A stretch of 64,000 bases of DNA. It comes from a virus (lineage: Duplodnaviria > Heunggongvirae > Uroviricota > Caudoviricetes). Shown here one piece after another: positions 35,238 to 43,565 of this stretch (positions are counted from its first letter, which is position 1; every line of letters begins with the position of its first letter). Below the pieces are notes generated by a model, which saw nothing but the letters and a program-made list of their open reading frames with translations, did no database searches and was not told the DNA's origin. The stretch lies in IMG/VR virus record IMGVR_UViG_3300015615_001160, positions 18,526 through 82,525 of that record; one strand, 5' to 3'. The translations under genes were made by a program, and so were the position numbers.

Positions 35238-35311
35238 TGGTCGCTCGAGGTGGTAACGCTCCACCGTTTGTCGGATGTCGGCCGGCCGTTCTGCTTTTGA
35301 ACTATCGAGCG
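35238..35311 (-). tRNA. tRNA-Val(GAC)-like
   Basis: Acceptor cgctcga/tcgagcg + A + CCA; D-arm gttc aaaagca gaac; loop cc-GAC-at; T-arm ggtgg AGCGTTA ccacc. Paralog of the next unit, with compensatory stem changes. Confidence 0.5.
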
Positions 35312-35322
35312 ATGCGAAAGAA

Positions 35323-35396
35323 TGGTCGCCCGACGTGGTAACGCTCCACGGTCTTCCGGATGTGAGCCGGCCGTTCTCCTTTTGAACTATCAGGCG
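35323..35396 (-). tRNA. tRNA-Val(CAC)-like
   Basis: Acceptor cgcctga/tcgggcg; T-stem cgtgg/ccacg (compensatory relative to ggtgg/ccacc in the previous unit); loop cT-CAC-at. Confidence 0.5.
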
Positions 35397-35409
35397 AAAA
35401 TGAAAATGA

Positions 35410-35481
35410 TACCCGCGCCCGGTAATGCTCCGGGGTTTTCTGATGAAGAATCAGCCGTGCTGACGATTGCACCATGCGGGT
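35410..35481 (-). tRNA. tRNA-like unit, anticodon region ambiguous (possibly CTT)
   Basis: D-stem gtgc/gcac perfect; T-arm cccgg AGCATTA ccggg. The anticodon stem and loop can be drawn two ways (ttCTTca with a 4-bp stem, or a 5-nt loop). Confidence 0.3.
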
Positions 35482-35489
35482 TTTTGAAA

Positions 35490-35564
35490 TGGCTCCTCCC
35501 CTTGGCATCGCACCAAGCTCACACCGCTTAACAGGCGGGCCGCACACTCTGTGCGTTGAGAGGA
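35490..35564 (-). tRNA. tRNA-Asn(GTT)-like
   Basis: Acceptor tcctctc/gggagga; D-stem cgca/tgcg; loop cT-GTT-aa; T-arm cttgg TGCGATG ccaag; G + CCA. Confidence 0.45.
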
Positions 35565-35575
35565 ATGTGTCGTTT

Positions 35576-35650
35576 TACTCCCGGCAGGAGTTGCACCTGC
35601 GTAGTTCCATTTAGAAGATGGATGCCTATGTACTGCTCGGCCACGGGAGC
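35576..35650 (-). tRNA. tRNA-Arg(TCT)-like
   Basis: Anticodon stem tccat/atgga perfect with loop cT-TCT-aa; T-arm gcagg TGCAACT cctgc; no CCA. Confidence 0.45.
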
Positions 35651-35661
35651 GTGGATAGAAA

Positions 35662-35736
35662 GGGTCGCGCGCCTCGGTGCTGCCCCGAGTGTCTCCTCGT
35701 CCCAAGCGAGGCGGGTTGCTGTCTCCCTCGCGCGCG
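35662..35736 (-). tRNA. tRNA-Pro(TGG)-like
   Basis: Acceptor cgcgcgc/gcgcgcg; anticodon stem cctcg/cgagg with loop cT-TGG-ga; T-arm ctcgg GGCAGCA ccgag. Confidence 0.45.
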
Positions 35737-35759
35737 TCACGGTGTCGTGTCGTGTGAAA

Positions 35760-35836
35760 TGGCGGCCTGTGCGGGCTTTGCTCCCGCGCCCTTCCGCTCG
35801 ACAGGCGGCTGCTCTTCGTGGCTGAGCTAACAGGCC
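35760..35836 (-). tRNA. tRNA-Asp(GTC)-like
   Basis: Acceptor ggcctgt/acaggcc perfect; D-stem gctc/gagc; loop cT-GTC-ga; T-arm gcggg AGCAAAG cccgc; G + CCA. Confidence 0.5.
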
Positions 35837-35846
35837 ATGGTGAAAT

Positions 35847-35935
35847 TGGTGGGTTGTGTCGGTAATGCTCCGACGCTGGTCCGGCTGGACATCCGCTTTA
35901 CAGGCGGCTCGCGATCTTTACGTGACTAACAACCC
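35847..35935 (-). tRNA. tRNA-Tyr(GTA)-like, class II
   Basis: Acceptor gggttgt/acaaccc perfect + A + CCA; loop cT-GTA-aa; variable-arm hairpin gtcc agcc ggac; T-arm gtcgg AGCATTA ccgac. Confidence 0.5.
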
Positions 35936-35939
35936 GAAA

Positions 35940-36160
35940 TGGTTGCGGGACGTGGAATGCGTGGCGCGGTAGCGCCGTTGCTGGACGACGCGGAGCGCTG
36001 GCTGCATGGACGCCGGAGCGTCAATCGCACCACGATACGAGGGCGTATGAAACTCTCTTGGTTTTGCCGCTCCGGCGGCTATGCGAAGTGCGCTCCGCGT
36101 CCATGGTGTGAACGTGCTTGCGCGCGAGTGCATTCAACCTTCCCGCGATTGAATGGTGAA
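35940..36160 (-). ncRNA. Structured repeat(s) not resolved as tRNA; includes the paralog of the 34432 element
   Basis: Shares ggagcgctggctgcat...caatcgcacc with 34432-34572. Contains hairpins ggcgc ggta gcgcc and gcgctccg/cggagcgc. Confidence 0.3.
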
Positions 36161-36161
36161 A

Positions 36162-36236
36162 TGGTGGACCGCCACGGCTTTGCACCGTGCTCTTCCGCTT
36201 GCGAGGCGAATGACCTCCTGAATGATCGAGCGGCCC
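36162..36236 (-). tRNA. tRNA-Ala(CGC)-like
   Basis: Acceptor gggccgc/gcggtcc; anticodon stem ttcgc/gcgga with loop cT-CGC-aa; T-arm cacgg TGCAAAG ccgtg; A + CCA. Confidence 0.45.
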
Positions 36237-36244
36237 AGGAAAAT

Positions 36245-36321
36245 TGGTAGCGGGGGCCGGATTTGAACCGGCGAATTGACGGCTTATGAGGCCGTTGCCT
36301 TAACCACTTGGCGACCCCGCA
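36245..36321 (-). tRNA. tRNA-Met(CAT); the most canonical unit (GG in the D-loop, TTCAAAT T-loop), with a 1:72 mismatch (initiator-like)
   Basis: gcggggtcgccaaGTGGTTAAggca acggc cT-CAT-aa gccgt ... gccgg TTCAAAT ccggc ccccgct A CCA. Confidence 0.6.
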
Positions 36322-36333
36322 GTCTGTGGAAAG

Positions 36334-36408
36334 TGGCACAGCGTCTCGGTGCTGCCCCGAGCCCGCGGAGTTTTGGAGACTCTGCTGCGCGAGCTGGCGC
36401 CCGCTGTG
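36334..36408 (-). tRNA. tRNA-like unit (acceptor and T-arm clear; body unresolved)
   Basis: Acceptor cacagcg/cgctgtg; T-arm ctcgg GGCAGCA ccgag. Confidence 0.3.
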
Positions 36409-36426
36409 TTTCACGATTGGAAAAAT

Positions 36427-36500
36427 TGGTGCGGTCAGCCGGACTTGCACCGGCATCCTCTGATTGGCACTCAGACATCCTTCTCTTGAACGATGACCGC
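36427..36500 (-). tRNA. tRNA-Gly(GCC)-like
   Basis: Acceptor gcggtca/tgaccgc perfect + A + CCA; anticodon stem tctga/tcaga with loop gT-GCC-aa; T-arm gccgg TGCAAGT ccggc. Confidence 0.5.
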
Positions 36501-36502
36501 AT

Positions 36503-36544
36503 AGGAGCGGCGCGGGCTGCGATTCTGTGCGCACCCGCGCCGCT
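36503..36544. promoter_or_regulatory. 12-bp perfect-stem hairpin at the upstream (right) end of the array
   Basis: gagcggcgcggg ...17 nt... cccgcgccgctc. Confidence 0.3.
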
Positions 36545-37621
36545 CTTCTGACAAAAAAGAACAAACACCGCTGCCTCCCTTCCGACATAGTCGGGGACGC
36601 ACCCGCAGGATTGTTTCACGGCGGATCTTTCGGTGTTTCAGGCACACCTCCCGGTGCACGGATATGATAGTTATCCATGCGAAGCCTCTGGACTGGAAAA
36701 GCCAGGGGCGAGAAATCAGACAATGCAGACCTGCGAACGAGTGATAGCTATCGACTCGCTTGACAGTTTCACCATGAGCTGCCACCATTCGGTGGTTACT
36801 AACTCACGATCGTCTCGGCTAGGGACTTATCTGGATTGGTGACCGATTTCACCCCGTCGTCAGTTGCCGCTGGCGGCGGGGTTTTTATCGCCCACGTGGT
36901 GGTTTGAAATGTGGTGTTCGTTCGGTGGGGTTTTGTTGTGGGGTTAGGAGGCGGCAAGGCCGCGGCTGGAGAAAGTGGGAAAAACCCTCGGAAAATGAGA
37001 AACCCTGCTGGGCTTTTCGGCCGAGCAGGGTTCTCGAAATCTACGGATCTGGATGAGATCGTGAGTTACCTGCTGGCCTCCTTGGTAATGTTTTCTTCGG
37101 CGAAACTCGGTCGCGAATTGGTTGCCTGGGCATCGGACGTATAGCCGACCCAACCGTTGCCACGGAGCATACCCGAGCAACGCAACCTGTCGGTCGCCTG
37201 CGTATGTATGGGTGATGTTCTTAGTGGCTTCATTGGTAGTGAATGTGACGTTTGATAGACCCGTAAAATGAATGGGTCAATAGCAATTTTTAAAAAAGTT
37301 TAAGGGGAGATATGTTAGTGATGGATAACAAATGTGGAAATGCTCCGGCGCTGGAGAGCGTGAGGATATGAATTTTCATGGCCCAAGACGAGTGCAGTCT
37401 GCGGTGTGTCTTATGCGACTTAATTCGGCGGGATATTTGCGGGAATGGATGATAGTTCGAGATCGAACTTTAATCTGTCTGGGCGGCGAGAATCGAGTGT
37501 CTGTCGCAGGCGCGCGAGTGGCCTGGCTCTGGCAGCCGGATATGCGGCGACCGCTGGGCGTGTCGATGGCCACTACAGTTTCGTGGTTTGAGCACACGGA
37601 TGAAGCCTCCGTGTGTATCCC

Positions 37622-38434
37622 TTACTGCGGTTCTGGAAGTTCGGCCTCCGGCTCGATCGATGGTTGTGGGAGCGGCAGCTCGGGCGGGGGCACCTCGTCC
37701 GGGTCGAAGATCCCGCCAAACCAATTTTCGAGCCAGTTCGCGGCGGCGACACCCCCGACGAAGATGAAGCCGAAAAACATGAGCGTGAGGATGAACATGA
37801 CGATTCCGGCGATGACAAAGTAGCCGTCGCGCTCCATGAGGGCGGCGGCGAGGCAGATGATGGTCAAACCGGGCAGGAGATTGCTGAATGGAATCGGCAA
37901 CGGAAGCAGCAGGAGCATGCCGCTGATGAAGATCATCGCGCCGTATAGATGATGGAGGAGCACCCAATCGACGAGGACGCACCATCGCGGCTTGAGCAGC
38001 ACCTCGAGCCCGCGGGCCACGCCACGCGACGCGCGCAGAATGCGTGCGACGGTTGAGCCGGAAAGCGGTGCATCGAGCACTCGTGCGGGAAGCCACGGGT
38101 CGAGGCGCAAACTCAAGCGCAGCCCGATGATGGCGACGACAAAGCCGAGAGCTGTGGATAGGCCGGGTAACGGGAGCGGCAGGCAGAACGGCAGCGAAAG
38201 CAGGATCAACAACAGCGTGTAAGCCCGCCCATGGACGACGCGGATGATTTCGCGCAGGGTCACCACTCGTTCGCCGACCGCCTCGAGCAAGCCTTCAATT
38301 TCCTGCGACAGACGCCGAGGCCGCTGGGCCGATGGAGGGCCTGCGGTTTCGGTGGGTGTTTCGGTCGGCGTTTCAATCACTGGGCACCATTCTGCACGCA
38401 TCGAGCGAACTCGCCAACTCGCCCCGTCTGTCAC
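37622..38434 (-). CDS. ExoD-like exopolysaccharide synthesis membrane protein
   Basis: Pattern typical of ExoD: LLLILLSLPFCLPLPLPG ... LKPRW ... LLLLPLPIPFSNLLPG ... MERDG. Confidence 0.55.
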   Translation of the reverse strand: MTDGASWRVRSMRAEWCPVIETPTETPTETAGPPSAQRPRRLSQEIEGLLEAVGERVVTLREIIRVVHGRAYTLLLILLSLPFCLPLPLPGLSTALGFVVAIIGLRLSLRLDPWLPARVLDAPLSGSTVARILRASRGVARGLEVLLKPRWCVLVDWVLLHHLYGAMIFISGMLLLLPLPIPFSNLLPGLTIICLAAALMERDGYFVIAGIVMFILTLMFFGFIFVGGVAAANWLENWFGGIFDPDEVPPPELPLPQPSIEPEAELPEPQ

Positions 38435-38838
38435 CAGTCAAATTCCGCCGGGACGCCCTCGTGAAAAATCGCGCGATGAAGCCGGGTGCGCCGAGGGGTC
38501 GAGATGCCGTTGCTGCGTTGACGCAGTCTCGCCGTGGGTCTTTGCAAACGGGACACGGCTCAGTTCGCAGCGTTTGGCTGGAGGGGAGGTCGCAGACGCG
38601 ACTGGCGATGGCTCCTGAGGTAGGGATCGGTCGTAGTTCCTTCTGTAAGAGGCATTAACATACCACACCCAACAGAAGTAATCAAGCATACTCGGGAACT
38701 GCTTACGCTGGCACTTTCACCCCTCGGCACTGACAGTTTCACTGACACTTTAGTCGAGTCTCTCAGCCTTAACGGTCAGCGGCAGATTACCCGAAAAAAG
38801 AGGCCGGTCCAGCCTCGCAACTTTGTTCTTCGGAAAGC

Positions 38839-40083
38839 ATGCGAAGATCATGCTCCTGTTCGACCAACTCGAAACCCAGACGCCGTGTTGATGGTGGCCT
38901 GCCCGCGCGCGTCGTCGATAAGTTGACCAAAGACTCACTGCGCACTGCGGGTGTGGACCTGCGACAGTTGCGCAAGGAGCGAGTAAGGGGTGTGGGAGTA
39001 GTGCTAAGGCCGGGCACGATGACCGCCATCAAGAACGGAACTCGGGAGGAGCGTCATTGGGAGGAATACAAGAGGGTGTGGGCTTTGATAGGGGGCGAAA
39101 GACGGTTGCTCAAACGCCTCCGTGACCCGCTCCGTCACTTCGTCCGCAGCCATGACCGTGTATGGACTGGAGTGGCCACATTGAAGCAGCGGTCTGGGCG
39201 CACATGCCGGATAGCGGACGTGGGCAAGGTAAGGCGGCAACTTGTGCGAGCCGTCCGGCAGTTTTTCGAGGAGGTTGAGCGTCGGCGGCCCAAATCCTCA
39301 AGGACCGCTCCGGGTGAGAAGCGATACCCCGTCGAGCACTTTTTCTCGGTCGTGGAGGAAACCTTCAAGAAGCGAAAGGGTGAGGTCCAGCACCACGTCC
39401 ATGTCCACTTTCTGTTCTTGGTTGAGGATGCCGAGCACGACCCGCTTACCTCACGCTGGTATCGCAGCTTCTTACAGCGCTTCGGACAGGGCAGCGGGGT
39501 CCAGAAGGTCAAATCCAAGCAGCGGTTCGTCAGCTATCTCTTCAAGCGGCAGGAACGGAAATTCTTGGTGGATCACGGCTTGTTCGCCAACTGGTGCGAA
39601 CAGGTCAAAGGCACTCAGCGCGTGGCCGCCTACGGTTCCTTCGTCGAGCAGATGCGGGAACACGCCAAGAAAAAGGTAGCGCCCGTCATGTGCAGGCACC
39701 AGCGGAAGCTCCGTGTGCTTCCAGTGGTGAAGAAAAAGAAGAGGCCGGGGCCGGTCTTCGGCTCGTGCCGGTCACACACTCCCGGCGTGACCGCGCCAGA
39801 TACCTACCTTGGTAAACGGCGCACGACAAACCCTGATGGGAGCTGGAGCTACTGGGATTTCTTCCGAAACAAACAGAGCGCCACGGCGGCACTGTATCGA
39901 CGGCTCGGTATCAAGGAGCTTGCGGACGAGGCGACGGGACTGCGCGGATACTTGTCCTCAAACTACCACACCGCTGTGCCGCAAAAAGCATCCCGTCCGA
40001 CGATCACCTGCCAGCGGGCGACGATGAAAATCCCCATCGCTCCGACCGACCCCACCGAGCCCGACTTGGCCCGCGCAGCTTGA
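38839..40083 (+). CDS. HUH-motif protein; candidate rolling-circle replication initiator or relaxase-like
   Basis: VQHHVHVHFLFLVE fits an HUH motif, and there are downstream Tyr candidates (YLFKRQ). The start is uncertain; an alternative start is MTAIKNG at 39019. Confidence 0.35.
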   Translation: MRRSCSCSTNSKPRRRVDGGLPARVVDKLTKDSLRTAGVDLRQLRKERVRGVGVVLRPGTMTAIKNGTREERHWEEYKRVWALIGGERRLLKRLRDPLRHFVRSHDRVWTGVATLKQRSGRTCRIADVGKVRRQLVRAVRQFFEEVERRRPKSSRTAPGEKRYPVEHFFSVVEETFKKRKGEVQHHVHVHFLFLVEDAEHDPLTSRWYRSFLQRFGQGSGVQKVKSKQRFVSYLFKRQERKFLVDHGLFANWCEQVKGTQRVAAYGSFVEQMREHAKKKVAPVMCRHQRKLRVLPVVKKKKRPGPVFGSCRSHTPGVTAPDTYLGKRRTTNPDGSWSYWDFFRNKQSATAALYRRLGIKELADEATGLRGYLSSNYHTAVPQKASRPTITCQRATMKIPIAPTDPTEPDLARAA

Positions 40084-40233
40084 ACACAATGTCCTTATTG
40101 CCTGCTGTCGTCGTGACGGGGAAAGCTTGCCAACGGGGAGGGGTGCAGGGGAGTCGTCAGAAACCCCTTTCCAAAGGGATTTGCCGCGCTCTGCGCGGCA
40201 CTTTTCGTTGCCCGTATGCCCAGTGCAATTCCC

Positions 40234-40734
40234 TCAAGCCCCCTCGACGAGACGCGGCTTCGTAGAGTCGATGCACTCGACCCAGACGGGAGACCGTAGG
40301 GTTAGCTGCTGAACAATCAATGCAATGTCATCGTCTTGGACAGACGCTTCTCTCGCCCAGAATGAAATGACGGCTGCGAGGCCGAGGCCATCTAGCTGCA
40401 CGCCGCTCCAGAGCCGTGCCGACCGAGTTCTCTCCCGCAGTTCGCCCATGTCGCCGACGACGTTTGCGCAAAACCAGCGCAGGTCTTCCGCGTCGGGCAG
40501 GCGGGGGCGGAACTCGATGCCGTAGTCGGAATAGACAGTCTCGGGATCACCGCCTGAGACGACGCGCCGTAAGGCGTTGAAAATATAAGGATGCGTCCGT
40601 CTCGTGGTAGCAAGCACCTTTCCGATTACGGCTAAGGTTACAGCGTTTGGGTGCTGATGTTCGCCCACCACTCCTCCGGCCAGCCGAATCTCCTCTGGGC
40701 TTCGGGTAATCCGAGCGGTTGTGGGATTACTCAT
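40234..40734 (-). CDS. Hypothetical protein
   Basis: ORF with internal start MSNPTTARITRSPEE. Confidence 0.35.
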   Translation of the reverse strand: MSNPTTARITRSPEEIRLAGGVVGEHQHPNAVTLAVIGKVLATTRRTHPYIFNALRRVVSGGDPETVYSDYGIEFRPRLPDAEDLRWFCANVVGDMGELRERTRSARLWSGVQLDGLGLAAVISFWAREASVQDDDIALIVQQLTLRSPVWVECIDSTKPRLVEGA

Positions 40735-41062
40735 CGTTGGGTGTGGGCTGGCAGGTGTTGGGCGAAGAGCCAAGGGTGAGCAGGTTCCCCGCCGTATCGA
40801 AGCGGACAGCCTCACCCGAGACAGTCCGAAAGCGGTAGCTGACCACGCGGCCAAACGGAGTGACGATCTGCGGATCGTAATGCCGCTCGATGGTCGCCCG
40901 GATAACTTCCACCTGTTCAGGCCACGGGCGGCTCATCAAGTCGGCGGGCAATACCACTTGCCTAGCGATGCTGTAGGCCATGAGCAACGGCGTAGCCATT
41001 CGCTCTGGGCGCTGATGTTCGTATTCGATGCTAAGGTGAGGTCGCCGCGTGTCAGGACTCAT
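40727..41062 (-). CDS. Hypothetical protein
   Basis: ORF co-oriented and overlapping its neighbours by a few nt, which suggests an operon. Confidence 0.3.
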   Translation of the reverse strand: MSPDTRRPHLSIEYEHQRPERMATPLLMAYSIARQVVLPADLMSRPWPEQVEVIRATIERHYDPQIVTPFGRVVSYRFRTVSGEAVRFDTAGNLLTLGSSPNTCQPTPNDE

Positions 41063-41372
41063 TGCGCTCGATGGTCACGGTGAGCTTGTAGCCTTCGAGC
41101 CGCTGCTGTATCAGCTCCGCCCGCTCCAACGTAGTGAGGGCGATCACGCCTTTGCCTCGCCGATGAATCAAAGCGGTAAGGTGGAAGGCCCGGTGCCGTG
41201 GCAAGCCAAGGACAGCCTGCAACGCCATAACGGGCGTCTCGAAATGGATGCGGTCGTCGTTCCACAGCAGCACCCGGCGCATGGGCGAAAAGGCAGCGCG
41301 AATGGCGTCCTCGATTTCAACATCCGGCACGGCGACGGAGCTAGTGAAGGCTAGGCGGGGCTTCATTGGTTC
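41052..41372 (-). CDS. clpS: ClpS-like Clp protease adaptor
   Basis: RRVLLWNDDRIHFETPVMALQAVLGL...AFHLTALIHRRGKGVIALTTLERAELIQQRL matches the ClpS core. Start taken at MKPRL. Confidence 0.55.
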   Translation of the reverse strand, partial: EPMKPRLAFTSSVAVPDVEIEDAIRAAFSPMRRVLLWNDDRIHFETPVMALQAVLGLPRHRAFHLTALIHRRGKGVIALTTLERAELIQQRLEGYKLTVTIERNES

Positions 41373-41896
41373 GGCTGCCAGCACTGCACGAGACGAACTT
41401 GGGACCGAGTCTCTGGAGAAGGCCGAGTAAGACCATACCGCAAGCGCAGCACCGCAAGTGCTTGGATGGCCGCCTCTCCTTGAGCGATACCATGCCGGGC
41501 CAACCAGCTTCCGACCGCCACCCCAGACCTGCCGCGAGCACCAATGCAATGCAAAAACACGCGCTCGTCAGCAGCGAGAGCAACGTCGATAACATTGAGG
41601 ATGCCCGCTACACGCTCGGCATGGGGTGTCGCCCCGTTGCGCCACAGGAACATGTGCTGGCGTTTCAATCGCGGTGCCTCCTCCCACAACCACGGCTCAA
41701 GCATCTCATTCATGCCGGGACACAGATGCAGCTCTTCTCTAGCGATCAGGCTGACCACGACCTGCACACCGGCGGCCAGTAATGCTTCGACGCGATCGTA
41801 GGTGGTCTCCGGGTCGAGACTGAATGGCGTCGGTCCCACCAAAAACTGTTCGTTCACCCGGTAACAACCGTCATACGGCACCGGGGGCCACGTCAC
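41363..41896 (-). CDS. Cys-based protein phosphatase (dual-specificity/PTP-like, CX5R P-loop)
   Basis: VFLHCIGARGRSGVAVGSW contains HCxxGxxRS. Confidence 0.6.
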   Translation of the reverse strand: MTWPPVPYDGCYRVNEQFLVGPTPFSLDPETTYDRVEALLAAGVQVVVSLIAREELHLCPGMNEMLEPWLWEEAPRLKRQHMFLWRNGATPHAERVAGILNVIDVALAADERVFLHCIGARGRSGVAVGSWLARHGIAQGEAAIQALAVLRLRYGLTRPSPETRSQVRLVQCWQPNQ

Positions 41897-42219
41897 CCCG
41901 CCTCCTCCTCATCATCCGGGTGAATCAGAACCTCTTGAAGAGATTCTTTGCCACCCTCCTCGATGATCTCGAAGACCCGAAGATTACGCGCCCACGCCGT
42001 TTCAAAGGCCAACTCCGCGTCGGCAAAGCGTAAGGCGTCACTGATATTTTGGTCATCCGCACACGGCGCACCTTCAATCGGCACGAGTGTGCAAAATCCA
42101 TCACCGGCGGAGCCAATGACGAACGCGCGAGACTGTGCTCGCGCTGCGGTGCGAAGCACCTTGTCTTTTGCTCTCTGACGGATGGCTTCGTTGATCGAGT
42201 TGGGTGTCTCGCGGTTCAT
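41893..42219 (-). CDS. Hypothetical protein
   Basis: ORF with start MNRETPNSINEAIRQRAK. Confidence 0.3.
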   Translation of the reverse strand: MNRETPNSINEAIRQRAKDKVLRTAARAQSRAFVIGSAGDGFCTLVPIEGAPCADDQNISDALRFADAELAFETAWARNLRVFEIIEEGGKESLQEVLIHPDDEEEAG

Positions 42220-42265
42220 GTGGGTGGCTTCGACTGCGAAAAAGAGGTGGCCTGAGCACAACCTC

Positions 42266-42520
42266 TCACATTAGGTAACGAGCTTGGTCGGGATGAAATG
42301 GTAGTCGCTGATAAGACTTCACTGCCGTCCCCTTCGGGTCAGGCGGGAAGTCATTTTGGCTCTGAGTTGTCTCGGCGGGTATATCCTCCGCTGAGTTAGC
42401 CGGTCCCGTTGTGCCGCCGCCGGACTTCGTATCAGTTTCGGGTGCGTCCTCGGCGGGCACGCCCGCAACTATAGCAGAATGGCTAACAAAAGTCAATGGA
42501 GCGCTCTGCCCGGTCTTCAT
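42266..42520 (-). CDS. Small hypothetical protein
   Basis: 84-aa ORF in the operon. Confidence 0.25.
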   Translation of the reverse strand: MKTGQSAPLTFVSHSAIVAGVPAEDAPETDTKSGGGTTGPANSAEDIPAETTQSQNDFPPDPKGTAVKSYQRLPFHPDQARYLM

Positions 42521-42714
42521 CGGGTGAGAAGGGTGCCGAGAAGATTTCCCTGCCCGATTATGTTGAACCGGGCATCCTTGGTCTGGTTGCTGCGCGGATC
42601 GTAGTATCCTCGAATGTTGTAGTGGGCATCCTTCAACACCAGTGTGCCGTTGGGCTGCGTCTCGATATAGCCGATGATGTTGTAGTTCTTATCTTTGAGG
42701 ACTTGTTTACTCAT
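42517..42714 (-). CDS. Small protein with three YNIIGY-type beta-strand repeats
   Basis: KNYNIIGYIE / AHYNIRGYYD / ARFNIIGQGN. Confidence 0.3.
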   Translation of the reverse strand: MSKQVLKDKNYNIIGYIETQPNGTLVLKDAHYNIRGYYDPRSNQTKDARFNIIGQGNLLGTLLTR

Positions 42715-42748
42715 CTTCGTGGTCAGTTCGTTGCGGGCATTGCGGCAG

Positions 42749-43414
42749 CTAAGTGGCCCACTCGCGCAACGGCACTGGATCGGTTTGCGATCCGTCTGGG
42801 GCGACGTGAATGATCTCTTCTATCCCGAGCACCCTGACGTTGGCCGGTCGCAAAGAGAATTCGCCAAGGAGTTCCCGCTTCAAAGTCTCGCCGTATGCCG
42901 GGGATGGCGTCTGCGAACCGAAAATTGCCCTTGGGCCGTCCTTAATGACGTAGCTCCAGCCGTTGGTAAGAGCGCTTCGCCGAAGACTCTCCAGAGCGTG
43001 ACGTTGTGCGCAAGCGCGTGAAGGGTCCATGGTGTCGAAGATGTCCTCTCCGTGGGTTTCCACGATCAGCTTGAGCACCTTCGGAATCCAAGGAAAGTGC
43101 CGGGCCAGCATTTCGATGTTGGCGACGATGGCCCATGCCGGTTCCGAGTCCCCTTGAGCGGTAAAGGCCCCACCGCCGCGTGCCAGCAGGATGGTGTAGT
43201 GGCGCAGAAGCTTTAGTTTGAAATAAAAGGACTCATCGCCACCACCGTCGAACTCGACCGTGGGAAGCACCCAGTATCCTGCCGCCTCTGCGGACGCCGC
43301 CGAGGTGTTCGGGGAGAGAGGCTTCGGTGTTGGGGAGAGGCTTTGTCCGCCGTCGCTACTCACGACTGCGACCACGACGACGAGGCCGACAATAATCGCA
43401 ACGATCAGGAGCAT
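42749..43414 (-). CDS. Membrane-anchored hypothetical protein
   Basis: N-terminal TM segment LLIVAIIVGLVVVVAVV. It is the first gene of the minus-strand operon. Confidence 0.4.
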   Translation of the reverse strand: MLLIVAIIVGLVVVVAVVSSDGGQSLSPTPKPLSPNTSAASAEAAGYWVLPTVEFDGGGDESFYFKLKLLRHYTILLARGGGAFTAQGDSEPAWAIVANIEMLARHFPWIPKVLKLIVETHGEDIFDTMDPSRACAQRHALESLRRSALTNGWSYVIKDGPRAIFGSQTPSPAYGETLKRELLGEFSLRPANVRVLGIEEIIHVAPDGSQTDPVPLREWAT

Positions 43415-43565
43415 GTGGTTATGCGGTTGGAGAAAATGGAGGTTGCGAGGAAGAGGGCTGTCCTCCGCGACGACCTGCGCTTTTAGCAGGTGAGGTCGGG
43501 GAACGTCAATGCTCCCTTAAGGGCGCACCAAGACAGCGAGCGACTCTTACGGTCCCGCTCCGCTG

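Larger units (their letters stand above)
32392..36545 (-). other. Array of about 30 or more tandem tRNA-like genes plus interspersed structured non-tRNA segments, all on the minus strand
   Basis: Units of 72-91 nt are separated on the plus strand by short GAAA(A)T(G)-type spacers; most carry an encoded 3'-CCA (TGG on the plus strand). Stems are supported by compensatory changes. Individual units are listed below. Confidence 0.75.

Noticed and set aside
32400-36540. CRISPR array (regularly spaced short repeats GAAATGG)
   Set aside because: The recurring element is only 6-8 nt. The units between the spacers are of variable length, fold as cloverleaves with acceptor/T stems plus CCA, and no cas genes are present.
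36911-37823. ORFs in the AT-rich junction and opposite exoD (77 aa and 163 aa plus)
   Set aside because: No recognisable domains. The second is antisense to the ExoD-like gene.
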